DNA of 64,000 bases from Chrysemys picta bellii (lineage: Eukaryota): assembly GCF_011386835.1 (NCBI RefSeq), contig NC_088808.1, forward strand, positions 24,366,001 to 24,430,000, in the 5' to 3' direction. The position numbers and the translations under genes are program-made. The notes beneath the pieces are model-generated. The model had not been told where the DNA came from, searched no databases, and saw only the letters and a list, made by a program, of their open reading frames with translations. Below, piece after piece: positions 1 to 11,403 of this stretch (within the stretch, counting starts at the first letter, position 1; each line of letters begins with the position of its first letter).

Positions 1-278
1 TCCTCCTTCACCAGTGCACTCAGTGGGGTTGGCACTTTTGGCCATCTGGAGGGATTAGGAGTGTTTTAGTATCCAGAGAATTTTATTTAAAACCCAATAC
101 CAATTGCCAACCTTTCAGTCTTTTTTTCAGAAGATTTGAGACTGAATATAACATTGAGCTTTTAAAGGAAACCTTATCTCACCAAATCCACTTAGCAGTG
201 TGTCTGTTTTAACTAGAGATTTTGTGTGGCATATATAGCCCTGGTTTCATACCAGCCCTGGTTTCATACCAACCCTTC

Positions 279-1153
279 TGTCACAGGGTGACACTGGCCT
301 TTTAGAGACAAGAGGCCAGTTGAACACCTCCTCCCCACCCCCCAGTTTTGATAAAAGATGGCACCTAGCCCTAGACCCTTCTAGGTCCCTGAAGGAAGAT
401 GGGAAGGGGCCTGTGAGCGCCTCCTTCCCACAGGGGAGAGAGCAGTCGAGAGTTGTCTGAAGGAAAGAGCTTCAGGAAACCAGAAGGAGAGCAGTAACGG
501 TGAGCTGCAGGTGATGCGTTCTGAGGAAAACCGTTGAAGGACTGACTGGAGCTGGGGAACCGTGCCACAGTTCAGGAAGGCTTGTACAGTAGTCCCTAGG
601 AAGAGCGCAAGAACCAGAGTGGTCAGCATAAGCCTGGCCCAGAAGCAAGAGGCTAACTCTGGAGGGTGGCCCCGAGGAGCCGGCAAGGAAGCCTGGGGAG
701 TGTAACGCTGCAGTGAGCACTGTGGTGGGCTGTGGAAAGTGCCCAGGAAAAAGGGGTTGGTCCTGGAGGGAGGTTCCCCTGAGCAGGGGTGGGGCTGACT
801 CTGGGCTCCAGGAAGAGACTTGTGGGAGAAAAGTGCGTCTTGAAACTCTTGGAAACGGAGGCCCTGGAATGGGGATAACAGAGTTCTGACAGAGTGGTTA
901 ATGGCAACCAGTGACCTTTCACTGGGATCAAAGAGCTCTTGTATTGTAACCAAGTTTTACTTTCGGGGTTGGGAGGAACTGTTTTTACTACCAGGTACCT
1001 GTGGACTTGGCATTTTATATGAATAAGCGTTTGAATTTGTCATTGAGACAACATTCCTTTGCATGGATGAATAAAGGACAGACGAAGCAGGTGCACTTGT
1101 CATGCCACAGCCAGCCGCTGGAGGGTGCTGGCGGCAGGGGCCATGGCATGACA
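279..1153 (+). mobile_element. Probable solo LTR in a GOLGA1 intron
   Basis: begins TGTCACA, ends ATGACA, internal AATAAA near 1069, GC-richer than flanks; TSD unclear. Confidence 0.5.
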
Positions 1154-1197
1154 TATTCCCTTATCTAATTTATTTACATTTCGATTCCTATTTCTAG

Positions 1198-1293
1198 GTC
1201 ACTAAACTGAACAGCAAAGTAACTGAAGCACAGGGATTGCTCTGTGAGAGAGACGAGTTTCTGAAGAATTTTAAAGAAAGCAACATGTGCCAG
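1198..1293 (+). CDS. GOLGA1: GOLGA1 coding exon (VTKLNSKV...NMCQ)
   Basis: tttctag|GTC...CAG|gtaggc, 96 nt, open, phase 0/0; no counterpart in the human protein as recalled. Confidence 0.7.
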
Positions 1294-4200
1294 GTAGGCC
1301 CTTTCCTGAAAGGTGTCGTCTAAGGATTTCTGTGTTTAGCCTCCTCTGCTACTTCCTTTCCTACCCCATATTACTATTTTGTGTGCTGCTCTCCAGTAAT
1401 ATCGATCTTTATGGACAAGGGAGTAACTCACTCTCCTGTTTTAGCTGAAAGAACTTGACCAAGCTCTACAGCTCGCTAACGGGGCGCTAGACAGGAGCAA
1501 AGAAGAAATCGGTGAGAGGGATCTACAGATCCAAAAGCTGGTGAGAATCCTCTAATCACTCAGGCGACTCCTGCTAAAGCGTCTCCACCATTTTCCGTTT
1601 CATTATTGATAAGGCTGCAGTTGTCAGAATTCTTCCTGCTAATACTGCAGCAATGGCTCCAAGATGAGTAAATGTATTTGTATGTGAGGGTAGGCGCCCG
1701 ATCACCACAGAAATAAAGCATAGCATTGCCATTCGTTGGCGATAAGAATGGGAATAAGCAGTATGAAGTTATGCCTGACTCTGGCTGCAAGCTCCACGTA
1801 CTCTGCCCTCCAGTAACCATAGGGTTAATACAGTGTTAACTTACAGTAATGTTTTTTCCTGAAGCAAACAGATCTAGAGGCTGAGAGCAGCAAGTTACAA
1901 CAGCATATCTCAACGGTAAAGCATCAGTGCGCAGAACGGGTTAGCAGGCTGGAGGCTCAAATAGCTGCCCTTGAAACAGCTCGAGAGTTTGATAAAACAA
2001 CTTCCCAACATAAGATAGTAAGTATAGAAACTGTTCTGTAGAGGGATATTGAGTCCTCAGATGCTGCCTCTGGCATCACCTGTAACCCTTCTGTGTATTG
2101 TCTGAAAATACTAAATTCATATGTAACTGCATGTTCAAAGCTGTTCATACTGTGGTGGTTTGAAATTGAGGGTGAAGATCTTTCTCCAAGCAACAACGTT
2201 CAGAGGCACTGAATATGCATAAAGCAACATCTCTTTGGGGGTGGGGTTGTGGATCTTTACTTGTACTGTAAATGTCAACACACTGGTTCTTGGCACACAA
2301 GATATTTCCATTTTACAGAGCCAGTTGGAACAGGAAAATGAAGATTTTAATGAAAGCAGACAAGAATATGAAAGTTCTTTAAAGAAACAAGAGTCTGAAC
2401 TGGAAAGACTAAAGGTATGGGCCTAACTCTGTTGATGACTATGCTTAAGTAAAGAACTAAGTTTGAGAAACAGCTAATGGCAAACTGTACCCTCTTGTCC
2501 ATACTTAAAGCTCATTAGGTTCAGATCATGGTTAATTACTGCCATACACCTTCCTTTTTGGAATTAAAATACCTACACAATACAAACCATTCAAGATTCA
2601 TTACAAATGGCTGGTACTTTCTTGACACACAATGCTTAGGTTTTACTAAATACTGGCATAAACAGTACATTCCAGGACTTAAAGGGATCCTGTCAAGTAA
2701 GAATAGCTTTGAAATCCGCTGAGGAAGAAAAGCACTAATAAAAGCACAGAATATCATCAGCAATACATCATTTCATTCCTTTAACAGCTATTGCTGTCTA
2801 AATTAGAGGACTACTAAATAAAACACTGTTCAGTCATTTAAAGCCTCAGCCTTCTCTCCTTTAAGATTATAATCTCCTAGAAAGCTCTCAACATTCTAAA
2901 TATCAGCCCTCTGGTGTGTGATGTAGAATTTAAGACTTGGCCACTGGAGGGAGTCATTTCCTTGTTAGTGTCTTTTAAATTGGAAAAAGCAAAAGTGAAA
3001 GTGGCAGGTATGAAGCCTTTCATGTGGTGGTCAGGTTTGACTTTGCATACCAGAACTATTCACCTGTCAACAGTGCCAATGCAAAAATGGTGCCAGTATC
3101 AATCCTCTTGTCCACATATATTTTAAAAAGAATCCCAAACCACTACAGCCAATGCTTGGGGATCACTCACCCATCCCTGAAATGCAGCTCTCTCTGGAGT
3201 GGGATGTGGCAACAGTTCTTCAGCAGAAGAGCAGTGAAGACTGACTGACTACTTCAATAGAAACCAAAAAAGTGTTCCATTTTAGGTAAGCTGAATGCAA
3301 TTGCCTGGGTTTGTGAAAAGTTCCAAGAAATGGGCTCTCTGCCAGCCTTAAGTTAGCATTGATTTAACAAGAAGTCTGATTTGAGGGACGAGATTGTTGT
3401 CTGCTAATCACCTATACATTCCATTTGTTAATGGATTTGGATCTTAGAGTTGAGAAACCACTGGCTTTTAGTCTTGTTCCTGTGAAAGCTTCATACTGAA
3501 TTTTCTCCTCTTGAGTAATTATTGAATTATCACTGGCTTGCAGAAGGAATTAAGCAGCAGAGAAACAGTCAATGTTGAAATTGCCAAAGCACTGGAAGAA
3601 ACACGGAAACAAAGGGAGGAATTACAGCAGCAGGTACGTTTATTGCTTGAACCCTTGGATTGCCCTAATCCATACAGAGCAAGCTTGAACCTGATTCCGT
3701 AATTATCCCAGTAACCAGGGGCCCAAATCAGGATTAGGCCCCAAACATCCAGGAAGAGTCTCTGCCCCCAAAAGTTTCCAGTCTAAGGCCTTCCTGTTAA
3801 TGCTTACACAGGAGTGTAACTTTACCCATGTGAGATGTTCCACCGATGTCAATAGAACTGTGCCTGTGCTCAAAGTTAGGTATGTGCCTAAGTGTGTGTT
3901 TGCAGGATCAGAGATTAAGGCAGGATGCAGCAGGTGGGTGTAATAAACAGTTGAAGAGGAGAGGGAGGGCTAGGTGCCAGTGATAGGAACACATGGCTTG
4001 CAGGCTAGCTGAGAGCCCAGTGCTAAGGTTCTCCATCATTTTGACAATTTTCCATAAGCATCACACTACACTTCTTGCATTCTTTTTTCTACTGGATCAC
4101 AGCCTTGTTTGTGCTGTTAGAAAGTGGTCCCAAATTAACCCCAGAAATGTTTGCTGTGTTCTGACAACTTGGCATTCAAGGACCCACTGTCAAATCCAAG

Positions 4201-7200
4201 TTATTTTGTCTAGAAAAGTGTTCCTGGACAACATAAACCAATGCTTGTTTGTTGCTGGGAACTGTGTGTGTTGTCAGCCAAGCAATAGTGCAGGTCTCAC
4301 TGAATCCAGCCTTCAGTACTACCTCTTTAGGTTTTTTTGCTCTTGGGAGTGAGTTGCAGATCTGACTCTTGAGGAATCAGTTCGATGGTCTCCAGGGTCA
4401 CATAGGATGCCTAGGTTCTGGGTGGAAGTGATGCTTTCTGTTGCTTTTTACATGCCTATGTCCTGGAATGCAAACAGACAGGATTTTGAATGGGTTTGTG
4501 TTGACATATGGGATTATAAACCAAGTGTGCGGACATAGAATATTACATTATGTTTTCCTTTCCTGGATGGTGAGTATCTGCAGCTTAAATAGTGATTGAA
4601 GAACAGCAGCATATATTGCACATCCATAGCTGTTCTCTCCTAACGAAAGACTTGGTTTGCTGTAATCCAAAGTGAGCCCTGTTCTGTCCTCTGAAAAAGT
4701 GATGGTCAGAAGACTTCAGCAGTCTCAATGTGACTTCGATCAATTTTGGCCATTAGTTGTATTATTTTGCTAGGCATTGTAGTAATTAGCTGTGTAAACT
4801 AATCCGTACTCCCAGACCTCTAACCCGCATTCTGTGTGGCCTGGAACTAGTATATGTGTCTTAAAATTTTATTTGGGGGCAAAGAGGCACTGGCAGCTAC
4901 AGCCAACAGCAAACTCCTCTGCTTACCCCAAGATGCATCTCAAGCAGCCAGTGAACGTACTGGAGCCAGCCCAGTAACCTGCCCTTGTTCTAGGCAATCA
5001 CTGTAAACGCACAGTGGTGCTGATCAGTATTCATCCTCCTGCTTCCTAGGTCCACCCACTGCAGAGCATTTTAAGCTGCAGTCCTGTATGGGTTTAAATT
5101 GGTAATTATTTCATAGCTGCCATCTGCTGGCCATGACAGAAGTTGCAATTCCAGTGTAGAGTTCACCCAAAGCAGTATCTTTTTTTCATTGAAGTTCTCG
5201 CCTGCTTTCAAACCCTCTCTCTCTTAATGAGGGACCAGCATTGGCTGAGGTAGTGATACTCTGTAACCCTTTGGCTAAGTCGCAGAAAGATTTTGGCATA
5301 TGTGGGTTCTACATATTAACTGTTCCTGTCTACCTTCTTTTGTCTGTCTTCAAGGTTACAGATCTGATCTTACTGATAAAGGAAAAGGACCAGTTGATCA
5401 ATGAAAAAACTGATGTGATTCTAAAAAAAGAGGAGGAGCTAAACCAACTCAGTCAAGGTTAGACCAAAGGAGTCTCCTCATCCCAAACTGCTTCACTTTG
5501 GTAAAGTCTCTGTAGCTCAGGGATTGCTTGACTCTAGTTTCTAACAATGCTAGTATTTTTAATTGGAAAAGGTGCAGAGAAGAGCATCCAGAATGACTTG
5601 GGGTTCCAAATAGCTTCCATACGAGGAGAGTTTAAAAAGACTGGGACTGTCTTAGTAAAGAGATGACTGGGGTGGGGGATATGAGAGGTCTATAAAATCA
5701 TGACTGGTGTGGAGAAAGTGAGTAAGGACGTGTTATTTACCCCTTCTCAACACAAGAACTAGGAGTCACCTGGTTAAAGCTCTGAGGCAGCTTGCATTGA
5801 TGTTCAGTCCACATTGTATTTGCCTCCTGCATCACTGGAGAGGGGAAATAGGCCTGACGCTCTCCCGCTTGCCTTCCGTGCAACTCACTCTGTTTACAGA
5901 AAATTAACAGAAGCTCCATTTTCTTCTCTGGAATGGCACTAACCATGTCTGTCCTGACCAAGGTCATGAAGCTCTCGTGCTGCAAACGCACCTGTTGCAG
6001 TCTGACATAGAAGCATGCAAGAGCCAAGCGGCAGAGAGGGAAGAAACAGCAGGAAAGCAGATCAGTGCTTTGAGGTTGAAGATGCAGGAGCAGCAGGAGC
6101 AGCTGCTGGCCAGCGAGAGAAATGTGAGTGAAGTTGCAGGGCAGCTTCCTCTAGTCTTGTCAGGAAAACCAAAATGTGCAGAGACTTCAGCTCACCCTGC
6201 TGTGCCTGAAAGCAAACAAAACCTCTCCGTGGGATGTGACAGGTCACCTCATCAACCTACCTGCTGCCTTGAAACCTCGCCAGAGCTGTCTGTATCTGTC
6301 ACTGTGCACTTGGCCTAGAGGAACCCAATCCCCTTCAGGTTTTTTTAAGTGTCCTCTGAAAAGCAGCACCTCCATTAGACAGCTAGAGTGTCCCTTTGGG
6401 TGTCTGTCTCGGGTAGTTTCACAAATGAGAGATTGTCCTGCCCAAACTTACCATTTAAAAACACAGTGGAGCTTTATCTTGGGCAGGGGCCCCTGGCTGC
6501 CAAAGTTGTGGTCTCTGAGATTTGCTTTGCTCTTTACCTTTGAAGGTTTTGGCATTAGAAGCAGCAAGAGCCTTTAATAAGCACTTGTATCCTCCAGAAG
6601 ACAGTGAGGTGGAACAAAACGGAGAGGTGGCAGCTGCAGACATCCTTCAACTTCAGAAAGACAATAGAGACTTGGAGCAGCAAATTTCTGAGAAAAACAA
6701 GGTAACTGAAATACAGTGAAAATGGCTTTTCCCCATTTGGCTCATGTGGCTTGTATTCCCGATTTGTCAGGCCTGCAAAAAAGCATGAAACTACAGGTAA
6801 TATGTGACCCTAGGTACTAATGTCCTGCCCTCCCCCTGCAAAACCTGCTGCTGCCAAAGGATTTCCTGTCCCCTCCTACCTCTGGAACAGCTTCCCACAC
6901 CATGGTTCACTGCTCTGCCTTCTTTCTTTAGACCCACTTCTTCTAAGAAGCCTCATTATTAAGTGATGACAATATGCTCGGTGTTGTACAAGATATGAAG
7001 TCAAGGCAGAGCCTTCCATGGAAAGATTCGTCTAGAATACAGTCCTGGAAAGACAAGATCTATGGGGGAAGAAGTTACCTTATATTAGAATAAGGGATTA
7101 AAAAAATGTTCATTTAGTGTGTGCCTTAAGGAAGAAGTGGGGATTGACCCACTGGCTTTAAGGGGATCGTTCCAGGCCTAGGACATGTCTCCTTGTGCAT

Positions 7201-10200
7201 GCACAGTTATCCATTGTAGCTGAGCTCTCTGCAGTCTTATGGAGCCATATAAATAACCGAAAATCCTGCTTCAGTGTCAGAAAAGATTCAGAATCTGATG
7301 CAGTATCTTTCCCCTTGTGGCAGCCATGTTCCCTTTGTTTTCTGTTAACCTCACATTTTATCGCTATAATGTTGTCACGTTAATCTGCACCAGGAATTAA
7401 AGTATAGTCTCCTCATCCCATTCCTGCTGCACTGTGTGGCTGAAAGAGCAGAGTATTCAGGCTTGTCAGATTACCCTTCTCCAGAGCCATTAACTTTGTT
7501 CAATGTCTGCCCCATTAGCTAAACTTTAATTGTGGGGGTTTTTCCATTTGAAAGTTGTAGGTCTGAGCGTGTTCAAATATGAAGCTTCCATGCTGTTAAG
7601 TTAATATCAGTTTCTGTCTTTTGTGTGTGTAGATGATAAAACAGTTACAGCAGAGAATGGCAGAGCTCAAAAAGACCCTGCAGAAAGAGCTGGTAAGTCT
7701 TTAGCCTTTCCAGCCCCCTGACATTGACAAGGTACTCATGCTGCCAGTTTTTAAAAACTTGCTGCCATCTGGATTGTAAACCCTTTGGGGTAGGGACTGT
7801 CTTCATATGTTTACAGAGTGCCCAGCAAAACAAATCCCCAGTCTGGGGATATAAATATTCATTAATCCCACAGATGCTCTGTCAGTCAAGAACTTCAGCA
7901 CAAGTAAATAATTATGCCAGCCCTGATCTTTTCTTTTGCACCTAGGGGAAATCCAAGATAGCAGCCAGAGCTGGTGTGGCCAGGTCACTGCAGCTCCTCT
8001 GATGTAAGGGCTAAGGGTTGGTTCACTGTATTTTGCGGTAATCAAGGGTTACTTTGTTCATCTCTGGAAACCTGCACTAAAAACAAGAGATGATGTATTT
8101 CTTCATAGACTCTTCCTTGCTCTCACTTCACAGTGAATAAAAGGAGGTAGAACAGGGTTTGGGCACATCTTGGTTTTTTCTTTTGCTTGATAGTTACTGT
8201 GGGTTATAAAAGCCCTGGCTCCAGGGTGACTCAGGATACCCTGAGGCTTCTCCTTGGAGAGGGAAGCATTGAGATTTAATTGCTATTTAGCTGCCTTTGC
8301 AGGTCAATCTCACAGCCTTAGTGGTGTCCATCTTTGGGAAAGACTCTCCCCTGCAATCCTAGATAGAGGGGATGGAATGGTGAGCCGTCTTGATCAGCAT
8401 TAGACCACTTGGTGCAGTCATCTAAGAAGTCATTTTTATTAAATTTTGTAACATACCCACCTTGAAAGTTTTTAAACGTCCTTTTGTTAGGCTTGGATGG
8501 CTCTGGAGTTGATAATGGGATACAGAGCCTTCCCCTCTACAATACCAATGCGAATCCTGCTCAGGTTAGAGGCAACACTCGTTGGCTTAGGTCCAGTTCC
8601 AGAAGTGGTTTGTGTGATGTAGACACCATTAGTAGCGTCTGTACTGGCAGTCTGGGTAGAGGGACCAAGGATCTAATGGATGTGGAGACAATCACCATCT
8701 TCTCCCTACAAGTGGCTCTTTCAGGGTAAGGTGAGGAGAAGCTTTTGCTTGAGTGTTCCTGCCTGGCTATACCTGTCCTGTGGATAGAGGACTTCAGTCT
8801 CCAGTGCCATCAGGATAGCACCTTCCTCTGGGACTAAATTCATACCACGTTTAAGTATAAAATGCAGTTTTTCCTTTTCAGAAAATAAGGCCTGACAACG
8901 AGATCCCTGAAGTACGTGAGAAACCAAATTCTGAAGTGCCTAATGCTGCAATGACGGTCACAAACAACTCTGATTTAAACGATTCACGGGAGATCAACTT
9001 TGAATACCTTAAACATGTTGTACTAAAGTTCATGTCCTGCCGGGAAGCTGAGGTAAAGACTTGTTCTCACATCTAAGTTTGACTCACTCATGCTTACTAA
9101 TAAACAAAAACTCCAACTGTAATTAAGATCTAGAAAGAGATCTGCAACTGCAGTGTTGTTTAACTGCTTTAGTGTTTGAAGCACCAGCTGCATTCTGGTG
9201 TCCTGGTAAGATTCATCCATTTAAAATATTAGTAGAGGGTTTGAACAGACACTCAACACTAAAGATACATTAGGATATTGTATGTCTCCATCCTGCCTAT
9301 ACACCAGCCTGGTTAATCCTAGGAACTACTCAGGGTTACCATGGGAACCAAGTGCATTTTTCATTCAAATAAACCAGGTAAATTAAGTGCTTCCCCCAGA
9401 CTATGCAAACCACAACAGAGACTGGAGAATCAAGAAAAGCGACCTGCCAAACGCACAGGAAGTGAGCTAACACAATCCACACCTGTGAATGGGATAGGAT
9501 ACAGAGGCTTCATACCAAACCTGCACAGATCCTCAGTGCTACCCCATAATCCCAGAGTGGACCTAGAGAGCTGGGAGTCTTGTAAAATGTCAACAAATCT
9601 GTTTTTATTTCAGGCATTCCACCTAATTAAAGCTGTGTCCGTGTTACTTAACTTTTCACAAGAGGAAGAAAATATGCTCAAAGAAACGTTGGAATACAAG
9701 GTAAGATTTGTTTTTATTTGTGTCCTCTCCTAGATGTCCCAGCACAAAACAGTGAGGATGTTCAGCAACATATTTCCCAAATTTTAGGTTCTGTATCTGA
9801 CAATCACTGTTTTCATGCAGTTAGCAGACCAGTGTGTTTACAAACATTTAAACATGTTTAGAGCAGATAAATTACGTTGATTAAACAAGAACATACCTTT
9901 TGAGTAGTTTGCCATTTCATCCTCTTGCTGACAATTGTCATTTTTATTTTCTATCAGCCGAGCCCCAGTCAGCTTCCTGTTTTGTGCCTGAATCTCATTT
10001 AATAATGACCCACTACCACCCCACAGATGATTTGTGCTCTTTAATCTCTGTTTATTTAAGGCTTGGTCTACACTACCCCCCTAATTCGAACTAAGGTACG
10101 CAACTTCAGCTACGTGAATAACGTAGCTGAAGTCGAAGTACCTTAGTTCGAACTTACCTTGGTCCACACTGGGCAGGCAGGCTCCCCCGTCGACTCCGCG

Positions 10201-11403
10201 GTACTCCTGTCGCCGAGCTGGAGTACCGCAGTCGACGGCGAGCACTTCCGGGTTCGACTTATCGCGTCCAGACTAGACGCGATAAGTCGAACCCAGAACT
10301 TCGATTTCCAGCCGTCAAACTAGCTGGTAAGTGTAGCCAAGGCCTTAGTTTCTGCTCTTTTTCTCATGTGGTAGTGATCACTGGCTGCTGTACCCCAGGG
10401 CATAGCGAGCTGCACTTTGCATTACATGGTTATTCGTGATTCATACTCACTCCATTTCTGCTCACAATGATAAATTCTTCTCTGTAGTGTTGCTGGAAGT
10501 GATGTATAAGACAGCAAAGGCAAGTACAGGACAACTTTCCCATGCACCAGAAAAGTACTAAGGGTAGCAGTGTGGGCTAATAGACTGTCTTGGGTAGGAC
10601 GCTAGTAGCTCCTTAGTTCTAATCCTGGCTCCCAGAGGAAATGCTTAAGTGTTCAGAGCAGGGAGCAGAGTCAGAATTCTTGCGTTCTACTCTTCCCTTT
10701 ACCACCGATTTGCTGTGTGACCATGGAAGTCGCATAACCTGTTTCTGCTTGTTTCCCATTATGTAAAATGAGAATTTTCACAGGGGGCATAAGGGAGATT
10801 CTACTAATGGATGTTTGTAAAGGGCTAGGTGGTGTTACCCCAAGCCCACTGTTCTGTCATTGTCTCTTCCTACTTGGATCAACAGAGTTAAGTTACCTAT
10901 GTTCAGACTAGATATCTGAGTATACAAGAGGGATACGGGGTGCTGTTTCACAGTGGGTATTTTACATTTGACTTTAATCAGGGTTCTGTGATTACAAATT
11001 AAACTGTATGAAGTTAAAGGAACATTCAGTTGAAATAATGTAAATAAATAATCCTGTTATACATAATCAGCTAAATTTATGAAAACAGAAGGAATATGTG
11101 CTGTTTAGACAATGAAAATCAGTGAAACCAGTTTCAATTTGATTCTTAGTTCTGAGGTGTGTGGGACGCAAATACTTTTCTGTTGCTTATGTTGTATAAA
11201 TGCTTGTTTGTTTTGTTTTTTAACCAAATCATGGAGGCCCCCATGGGCTGATGTCCCTTGTTAAATCCTCATGATTTAAAAGAAGAGTCTAGGTTAATGT
11301 GTGTTGTGCTTTCCCATGCCAGATGTCGTGGTTTGGGTCAAAGCCATCTCCCAAAGGCAGTATCCGGCCATCCATCTCGAATCCCAGGACAGCATGGTCT
11401 TAA
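1198..11403 (+). CDS. GOLGA1: Golgin-97 (golgin subfamily A member 1), 3' part; 5' exons lie before the window
   Basis: join(1198-1293,1445-1540,1865-2017,2319-2414,3544-3633,5355-5457,5963-6123,6546-6701,7633-7692,8882-9052,9614-9700,11323-11403); all AG/GT bounded, 1350 nt in frame; coiled coil then GRIP domain ([40 protein letters not shown]) and C-terminus [26 protein letters not shown]. Confidence 0.96.
1445..1540 (+). CDS. GOLGA1: GOLGA1 coding exon (LKELDQAL...IQKL)
   Basis: ttttag|CTG...CTG|gtgaga, 96 nt; aligns with human VRELEQTLQ...QIQEL. Confidence 0.9.
1865..2017 (+). CDS. GOLGA1: GOLGA1 coding exon (QTDLEAES...QHKI)
   Basis: cctgaag|CAA...ATA|gtaagt, 153 nt; LEAQIAALE motif. 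Confidence 0.9.
2319..2414 (+). CDS. GOLGA1: GOLGA1 coding exon (SQLEQENE...ERLK)
   Basis: ttttacag|AGC...AAG|gtatgg, 96 nt. Confidence 0.92.
3544..3633 (+). CDS. GOLGA1: GOLGA1 coding exon (KELSSRET...LQQQ)
   Basis: ttgcag|AAG...CAG|gtacgt, 90 nt; [11 protein letters not shown]. Confidence 0.92.
5355..5457 (+). CDS. GOLGA1: GOLGA1 coding exon (VTDLILLI...LSQG)
   Basis: cttcaag|GTT...CAAG|gttaga, 103 nt, phase 0/1. Confidence 0.9.
5555..5770 (+). mobile_element. CR1 LINE fragment
   Basis: TTGGAAAAGGTGCAGAGAAG...GAGGTCTATAAAATCATGACTGGTGTGG...CACAAGAACTAGG; similar to 34676-34760. Confidence 0.8.
5963..6123 (+). CDS. GOLGA1: GOLGA1 coding exon (HEALVLQ...SERN)
   Basis: gaccaag|GT CAT...AAT|gtgagt, 161 nt, phase 1/0. 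Confidence 0.88.
6546..6701 (+). CDS. GOLGA1: GOLGA1 coding exon (VLALEAAR...EKNK)
   Basis: tttgaag|GTT...AAG|gtaact, 156 nt; NGEV...[17 protein letters not shown]. Confidence 0.92.
7633..7692 (+). CDS. GOLGA1: GOLGA1 coding exon ([20 protein letters not shown])
   Basis: gtgtag|ATG...CTG|gtaagt, 60 nt. Confidence 0.95.
8882..9052 (+). CDS. GOLGA1: GOLGA1 coding exon, GRIP domain start
   Basis: ttttcag|AAA...GAG|gtaaag, 171 nt. Confidence 0.96.
9614..9700 (+). CDS. GOLGA1: GOLGA1 coding exon, GRIP domain end
   Basis: tttcag|GCA...AAG|gtaaga, 87 nt. Confidence 0.96.
10060..10345. mobile_element. Non-autonomous Harbinger-like MITE
   Basis: termini GGCTTGGTCTACACT...AGTGTAGCCAAGGCC; internal palindromes; TA-rich target. 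Confidence 0.75.
10563..10830 (+). mobile_element. MIR/CORE-SINE-like remnant
   Basis: tRNA-like head, then GCTGTGTGACC...TTTCCC..TGTAAAATG core. Confidence 0.5.
11323..11403 (+). CDS. GOLGA1: GOLGA1 last coding exon
   Basis: atgccag|ATG TCG TGG...TCT TAA. Confidence 0.96.
   Translation: MSWFGSKPSPKGSIRPSISNPRTAWS

Noticed and set aside
237-270. 17-bp tandem duplication; another at 34194-34227
   Set aside because: Ordinary slippage or repair micro-duplications in intronic DNA.
381-953. 190-aa ORF
   Set aside because: Inside a probable LTR, no recognisable gag/pol/env motif.
1198-1540. Tandem exon duplication (two adjacent 96-nt phase-0 exons)
   Set aside because: No visible nucleotide or peptide similarity beyond heptad composition.
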